Assembly: GCA_043228905.1 (NCBI GenBank)
Contig: JBHGNT010000022.1
Span: forward strand, 6,262,001-6,326,000
From: Azolla caroliniana
Lineage: Eukaryota; Plantae; Polypodiophyta
DNA length: 64,000 bases
Direction: 5' to 3'
The position numbers and the translations under genes were made by a program. The notes below the pieces were generated by a model. The model worked only from the letters and a program-made list of their open reading frames with translations. It had not been told where the DNA came from and ran no database searches. This document shows positions 56,576 to 64,000 of this stretch, piece after piece; position 1 is the stretch's first letter; each line of letters opens with the position of its first letter.

Positions 56576-59400
56576 AGAATGCTTTGCTCCAAAATTTCCA
56601 ATGGCTCGTCGGGAATCTGTTGTTGCTGTTGTGGCTATTGTTCCGTTTGTGGCTGCTGCGGTGGCTACTCTGTTTGTGCCTTCTCCGTTTGGGGTTGCTG
56701 CTCCGTTTGTTGCTCTGGCACCGGCATTTCCTTTGTTGTCTCCTCCGTCGGAGTTGTCGTTGGCTGACTGATCTTGGCATGGACCCCGTCTGGTCCTTGT
56801 ACCGGCGACGGTTCCTCATCACTAAGGTTGACCGTTGCCGCCTTCCTTGCTTTTTCTTCCCGGAGCCGGGTCCGCTCATAGCTCTCAAACTGGATTTGAG
56901 CCTCCAGCCAATCATCGTTCAGTTGAGCTATGAGCTGCTGGACCTACACCAATTGTTCATCCGCCAGGGCTGTGAAATCTTCGGCCAGCTCATCCCTTAT
57001 GGCGGTGAAGTCCTCCGATGTCATCGTATAACAGTCGTCACCTTCCTTACCGCTGGTTTTCCACGTCTGCCCTGAGCAATTGGAGTTCCGTCGTATTCTG
57101 CGCCCATTTCGTCCACCATTGCATAGAGCTTTCGTCAATCAAGCATTTGTTCTTGGTGAGCCATGCCCGGAGGATGCACTGGATCCGTTCAGTTCCCATC
57201 CGTGATTTGTTCTCCGCGGCTTGTCGCTCCTCTTTCAATTGCTTGATGATTCTGACCGTGTCCACCTCCTGCTCCCTATAATGTGACAATTGACTTTGAT
57301 AGGTTGTTTGCAACCTCTGTAACACCATTGTCGCTCTTTCCTTTTCTTCATGGTTCTGCTTGTGGAGCTCCATCCGGTCCATCGCCGCTTCCTCCAATAG
57401 CTTTGAATTCTCCGCTTGTTCGTCGACGAGTGCTGTTGTGGCCCTATCAACTTCTTGTCGGAGCTCGGCCAGCCTTTCCTGCTATTGCTTATACTCCGCC
57501 TCCAATAGCTTGTAGTCCCGGTGCAGATGATCAAAATCATCGGTCTTCTGCTTCAGCCTCTGGTTGATCTATCGGCGCGCGCGGTCCTCCCGGTCCTTTT
57601 GTTGACGGAGTTCTTCCTGCAGCCTTTCGATTTCCGTCTCTACCATCCGTCGCAGCTTGTCTTTCTCCTGCAGCAATTTCTCTTTTTCCTCCTTTAGCCG
57701 GTCATACGCTTGACGTCCTTTACGCAAGTTTTCCTCTGCCCGGCGGAGGTTCTCAGTAGTCTTCTTTAATTCTTCTTCGGGCGCCTTCTTCAAGTCGCGT
57801 TCATGGCTCCGTAATGCTTCTTGTGCGGCAAGTTCGTCTCTTAAGTCGGCAAGTTCTTGGGCTTGCGCCGCATCTTTCTCGGGAACAGTTTCTGTCTCCA
57901 GGGTCTTATTCGTATGTACATCCACCGGAGTCACCGGTGCTTGGATCTGTGTTGCTGTTAAGGCCATTTTGGCCATGTCTTCTGTGATCCGATCCAAGTC
58001 TTGTTCGAGGCACCGAATTCTGGACCGGGCCGTCTCTATCTGCGCTCTTTCTTCCGCCTCTATGTATCCGACTACCCCGGCAATTTGTTCTCCTATCCAC
58101 CGGAGCCATTGGCTGCCGGTGCCCTATCGTTGCATCTACACGGCGGATTGGCTGATGGGTTCACTTGCCGGTGGCTAGTCCTGCCTTACTGCATCGAGCT
58201 ACACTTCTGGTTCTGCCTGCTGACCACTTCGCCGTTCCGGCTCTGGGTGTGTTTCGGCTAGCCGCTCCTTGTATGCTTTTTCTTGGCCGGTTGAGGAGGT
58301 TGGCCTTTGTATAACCGGCTCTTGAGTTACGGGGCTTGCTGGTGCTGCCTATTGTGCAGGGACTTCTGTGACCGGTTCCATCCGAACCGGTTCCGGTGCC
58401 TCCCTTGGCGTGGGATGCTCAGTGTGGGTTGCGGGCGTTCCATCCTTTTGTTGGTCCGAACGCTTCCCGGTTGATTCTGCGGTGCTCTTCACCGGCCGCC
58501 GCTGGAGGTGCTCCGTAGGTTCTTCCTCCATTTCCTCCACCTAAGTCCCGGCATTCATTCTTACCGCCAGGGTGTCCGTTTCTTGCTGCACCGGTCGGTG
58601 GAGTGGGCTCTTCAGGGGCCGTGCCGGTGTCTCCTCGTGTGTGTCCGTCGGCCGCTTCTGGCTTGCGCGCTCCTTTGCCGCCTTCTCTGCATCGACCGTC
58701 TTCCCCTTAGTGGCCTTGGAGGCCAACAGCTATTGCCGTTTTGAAGCAGCTCTCAGGGTGTTGTCGGGTACTCTTCCCCGTTTCTTGGTCTGGATGGCTT
58801 CGACAAGTGGCACTAATAGGGTGAGCCATTGCGTCACTGCATGCCATATTTTCCGGCCTTCTTTGCCTTCCTTACCTCTTACGATATCAATGGCCGCGCA
58901 CAATCCGTCGGCGATCAGCACCGACCAATCCACCTTGACCCCCTCGTACATTGCAATAATCAAGCCTGCTCAGTTCTGAGGCATAACGGGGGGTCGAGGG
59001 TATATGTGCCCAAACTCATGGAGTACACGGGCAATTTCGCGGAATAACATGTCTTCGCCACCTTGTGTCCTGTAGCCCTTGCTGGCGAGAGAATACTCAC
59101 CGAAATATTTGATGAGCTGCTCGGACATAGGATTGTCGATCGTGTAGATGCCCCCTTCCGGAAGGCCTGTTAATGCACGAATCGCTTCCTCTGTGATCAG
59201 CTCAGTGTCAATGTCTTTGATAATCTTTTCGGCCTCCTTGTGTGGCGTCGCCTACATGATCGTCAAGAAACCCTCCAATCCGTGTTGTCGTAGCCATTTC
59301 TTGGCGGCTTCAGACAATATTTGGCAGTCCATCTCTGTGTCGAGGTCGGAGAGCGTTGGGGAGGTTTGATGGTGGAGGGAGTGTGAGAGAGAAAGTTCTG
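56576..59400 (-). pseudogene. Accessory ORF of I (degenerate homolog of 8185-11328); last codons at 51445-51473
   Basis: LSEAAKKWLRQHGL, YEGVKVDW, QWLTLLVP and EIERLQEELRQQKDR match the E ORF. Confidence 0.85.
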
Positions 59401-59797
59401 AGTGAGAGGGTTCTTTGTGCGCGAGCTCTCTTCGATTGATCTTCACGTGTCTGTTTGCATCTCTTCTCCTTGGTTCGCGAAAGGAGAAGGTCTCGATGCG
59501 TGGGGGTTTTTCTCTCTGCATCTTGGCGCCTTTTTCGAGCCTACACGTGTGCAGGTCGTGTACTATAATAGCATTTCATGCCATGTGGCGGTGGTTTAAT
59601 GTCCTATTCATAGCCTCCTCGTACCTTTTCGAAGTGCCTCTTTACTCCTCGTTTGCATGGCCGTTTCCACCACTCCTTTGCATGATTTCTTTGATTCCAT
59701 TCGATTTTTTATTTTTTTTTATTTTGTTTTTTTAAAATTAATTGTGTGGTTAATTTTTCTCCGGACCTAACGGACCCTTACCCGAAAGAAAAATCTT

Positions 59798-62700
59798 CTA
59801 GGCATCGTGACGGTTTGCCGTTGTTTTGCTCTCCCGGGTTGCCAGCTCGTGCTCCGCCTTACCGGCTTGGTGGTAGTCTTCTTCCTCACAGGTTGCCGTC
59901 TTGGTTGGCCTGCCGGCGTCCAATTCGGTGTCGGCCCTTCGTTCAAATGGGTTCTTGGGCATAGGTCCTTTGTATGGCTTTAGTCTAAATCCGTTGACCC
60001 ATTTACCCAGCACCTTGCCAGCAAGTGTCCCTAACTGGTAAGACCCATTGAACCCGCGTGTGATCCAGTACGGTCTGGTCCATCTAAACCGTAGTTTGCC
60101 TGGAATTTTACCCATCTGGGTCTAGAACATTAGTACCGGCTTGCCGATTTCGAACATCTTTTCGTTTCCCTTCCGGTGCCGATCTACAAACGCTTTCCAT
60201 CGTCGTTGTTCCAATTCCAAGTGCATGATGCTCGCCAGTCGGTGTTCTTCTAGTTCACACAGAGCCTTTAACCGAATTGCCTCCGATTCCTTTTCATTAA
60301 GTCGTTCCCTAATCTGGATCCGTAAGCTCGGTACTTGGAACTCAACCAGCATGACTGCTTCTAATTCGAATGCTAACTGGAACGGCGTTGTTCGGATGTT
60401 TGTTTTGTACGCTGTCCGGTAAGCCCAGAGCGCACTGTGTAGCTTCGTGTCCCAATCTGTCTGATTCTCATTGACGATCTTGCGCAGAATATTCTGTAGC
60501 GTTTTGTTTGTTGACTCAGCTAATCCGTTGGCTTGTGGGTAGTACGGGGTGCTCCGTTTATGTACTACCGCATAGAATGACGTCAAGCTCTCCACTACCT
60601 GTCCCAGAAAGTGTCCTCCTTGGTCGCTTATTAGCTCTATGGGGCATCCGTACCGGCACCAAATGTATTCGTATAAGAATTTTGTCATCGACGCCGCGGT
60701 GTTGTCTCGTAGGGCTTTGGCTTCCACCCATTTAGTGCAGTACTTCGTCGCAACGATCACATACCGGTTGCCAGTTCTCATTGCCGGTGGTTTAAATGGT
60801 CCGACAAAATCCAGTCCCCATTTCTGAAATGGTTCTAGCGGTAGTACTGGCTGGTGCGGCATCCTAGCTTGTTCCGTTGGCTGGCCCATTCGTTGGCATA
60901 AATCACACTCTTTCGCGTACCGGACTGCGTCTTTCAATGTAGTCGGCCACCATAGGCCACTTTGCCATATCTTCCTTGCCGCAGCATCCCCGGCATAATG
61001 ACCTCCGACGACTCCGCAGTGTGCTTCCCGTAGTATTACCTCTTTCTCGTCATTGCGCACCGCTCGTCACCATATACCGTCCGCACCTTTGTGGTATAGC
61101 ATGTCCCGTAATAAACAGAAGTGTCGGCTTTGTACCGCCAGGCGTTTCCTCTCGTCCCAGTTCATCTCCTCCGGAGGCAATCCGGTGCTCAGAAATTGGT
61201 GCATATTTGTTAGCCACTTGTCTTCTGGTGCCACCATTTCATCTGTTGCCATTTCCGCTGTGACTCGAAATAGCTCAGCATCCGGAAACTCATCCGGTAC
61301 TCCGTCGCTGGTTTCGCCGGAATCTAACCGGTTTAAATAATCTGCTACCGCGTGCTGTATGCTGGGTCCGTGGAATATCTCGAATTCGAATTCCTGTAAT
61401 AGCAAAGTCCACCGGGCCAACTTACCAGTAAGTGACGCTTTGGACACTAGGTAGAGGAGTGTCGAATGATCTACATGGAAGGAAAACTTTCTTCCCAATA
61501 AATAATGCCTGAATTTTGTTACGCTGTAGATCATGCCTAAAGCTTCCCTTTCCGTGGTGGAATAATTTCGTTCGGCTTGGGATAACTTCCGGCTTGCGTA
61601 ATATACGGGCCGGTACCACCTTGGCTCTGTAAGTTGCATCATCGCACTCCCGATTGCAATGTCGAATGCATCCACGAACACATGAAATTCCTTCGCCCAA
61701 TCCGAGGGTTGCACTACCGGCGCTTGCGACAATAGAACTTTGAGTGCCCGGTACGCCTTGTCTTCGGTGTCGGTCCACTGGAACGGTGTTCAGTGTACCG
61801 CAGCATGTAGTGGTGTAGCTAGGTTCGCCAAATACCGGAGCATTCGGATATGCCAACAGATTTGGCCTAAGAAACGGCTCAATGCCTTTGCCGTTTTTGG
61901 TGACGGTGCCTCCAGGATTGCTTTTACTTTGTCCGGATCCACGGCGATGCCTTCCTTGCTCATAATGTGCCCCAGTAGCGTTCCGCTGGACACGCGGAAT
62001 ACACACTTCGCCGGATTCAGGCTTAGCCGGTAAGCCCTACACTTTTCTAGACACAGGCGGAGGTGTTGAAGGTGGTCTCCTTCCCGGCTGTAAACAGCGA
62101 CGTTGTCGAGGAACACCTGCATGAACGCCGGTATGAATTCTCCGAATATTTCCATGATGATCCTCTGGAACGTTGTCGGCGCCGTTTTTAGTCCAAACAT
62201 CATCACTACGGCAACAAACACTCCCCATTCAGTGACGAAAGCCGTTTTCTCCTGGTCCTCGGGGTGCATCCGGATCTGGTTGTATTTGCTGAATCCGTCT
62301 AAAAAACTATATACTTCATGGCCGGCGACTGCGTCCAAAACTCCATCCGTAAATGGAAGTGGAAATGCATCAGTTATCGTCGCCGTATTAAGCTTCCTGT
62401 AGTCGACGCATACTCTGATTTTGCCATTTTTCTTTGGTACGACTACTATCGGGCTCAACCATGTTGATTTCTTTACGGGATGGATAAAGCCAACCCTCAG
62501 CAACTTGTCGATTTCCTCCTTGACTTTGGCGGCATAGTTTGGATTCATCCGGTATCATCGTTGTGCTACCGGTTTGGCATCTTTGCTCAAATGTATCTGA
62601 TGCTGATATAGCTGAGGATCGAGCCCTCTCATATCCTTGTAGGACCAGGCAAACACGTCCCGAAACTCTTTGAGAAGTGTAATCATCGCCGTTCTGTTCT

Positions 62701-63900
62701 CCATAGTCATTTCCTTGGCTATCTGCACCGGTCTCACTTCTTCCGTAGTTCCTAGATTTACCTCTAGTTGGGATGCTTTAACCCATTGTGATATGGCCAT
62801 TTCTCTTTCCAACGCTTCTTGTGCTTGCCGTAGCTCCCGGATCGCTTCTTTATTTGGTTCTTCGTCCGCTCCGTCCGGTGGCAGTATGTATGGTGATACG
62901 GCTTCAGCTACGTCAATTTCGAACAGGGGTACTATCTTCGGATTATCTGGCAAGTATTCATCCACCTCTTCATCTGCTAATCCGTCCAGCATATTGACAC
63001 ATTTGGCATATAGGGGTGTTAATTCCTTCCCGGTACCCGTCCGTGGTTATGTCGGTACCCGTACTTTTGCTTTTCCCCATCGGAAGGTGATTATATTCTT
63101 TCTCCAGTTTTGTTTAATGTGCATCGTTTTTAGCCATGGCCGCCCCAACAATAGCGGGTAAGCTCCTTGTGCCTATAATTGTAGCACTACTGCCGAGATG
63201 CGAAATGTGTGGCCGCCGATTGTTACTTCCAAATCTCGTATCAAGCCGGTCGGTCGTACTGAGCTTGTATCCGCCATCCGTAGCCAGAACGGGCATGGTT
63301 CCCACTCTTGGATTCCCAAGGTGGTGCATGTTCGGAGGCTAATCACATTGACGACGGATCCTCCATCTATTACTGTTCCGGGTAACTCCTTTCCCTTCAT
63401 GATGGCTGTGATCGCCGGACTGTTTGTGTCTACCACCGCCGGTCCCTCCTCCGGATTTGAGAAGAATGTTGGTGCCGGTGGTGTTTCTCCTGTCGTCGTG
63501 CCTGTCTTGAGTCCTTCTGTGAATTTGGGCACTAGTTGCAAGAGCCGTCCTAATGGCAGCGTGATTTGGCACTCCTGCAATGCCTACCATGTCGCATTTT
63601 CGGTCTGACTGCCACCGGCGAGCTCTTCGGTGTTCTCCTTTTGCTACGCAAGTTCTGCTACGTTTTGCTCATTTGCCTTTTTCACCCATTCCGTTGCTTG
63701 CTTCTGGATGGCCTCTTGTGTCTCTCATTCCGTCGTCTTGCCCTTCGATCTTGTGGTAACCTGCTGCAGGTCTGCGACTTCGGCGACTACCATGTTTACT
63801 GTCAGTCGCTTGTCATAGCTCTTTGCCGGACATTGATTACTATAATGTCCTTCTTGCCAGCAATAATAGCAATATGCTTTCCGGGTATTGTTGGATTCGG
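59798..63900 (-). pseudogene. I gag-end/PR/RT/RH/INT with stops and frameshifts
   Basis: VIDGGS, RVCVDYRKLN, NYSTTEREAL, KWGLDFVGPF, STPYYPQANG. Confidence 0.92.
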
Positions 63901-64000
63901 CATTGTTTCCTGTACCCGGTGGAGGACCTGTGGTAACCGCGGGGCTTTGGTCCGGTTGGCTACTTGAGGCACATTTTTCCGGTTCACGTGGGTGGCTCCC

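Larger units (their letters stand above)
50956..64000 (-). mobile_element. Ty3/Gypsy element I (E family, older); continues beyond the window
   Basis: 3' LTR 50956-51392 resembles the E LTR. Degenerate extra ORF, INT, RH, RT, PR and gag knuckle are collinear with E. Confidence 0.9.

Overview
This 64-kb window is eukaryotic, gene-free, nested-retrotransposon DNA. The element types suggest a non-seed land plant such as a fern or lycophyte (inference). I found no host genes, rRNA or true tRNA genes. The main nest is six deep: a Tork-like Copia relic (2286-2302 + 42493-44257) > Copia B (2303-42492, TSD AAGCC) > Gypsy D (5110-39997, 4-bp TSD, tRNA-Trp PBS) > an APE-type LINE (5480-25820) > Gypsy E (7755-23386, large extra 3' ORF) > an intact, very young Copia H (12384-17894, TSD ACTTA). 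A sister Gypsy F (31690-38938, TSD CCGT) sits in the gag of D. From 42.5 to 51 kb is a mosaic of Copia relics. Gypsy I (E family, 50956 to the window end) follows and contains Copia J (51474-56575, TSD AGAAT). The most interesting signal is that both E-family elements lack a polypurine tract. In its place is a conserved 40-nt tRNA-3'-end mimic (T-arm with an inserted covarying hairpin, then GGGCGTG-CCA) 2 nt from the 3' LTR, which reads as a second, opposite-facing primer-binding site. Other signals: a G_GAU_UUU slippery site plus pseudoknot between protease and RT in D/F; a conserved ~1050-aa accessory ORF; antisense tRNA-like A/B boxes in the LTRs of two unrelated families; a gag swap between H and J; and family-specific CWG depletion. 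All alignments and counts were done by eye, and element letters are my own labels.
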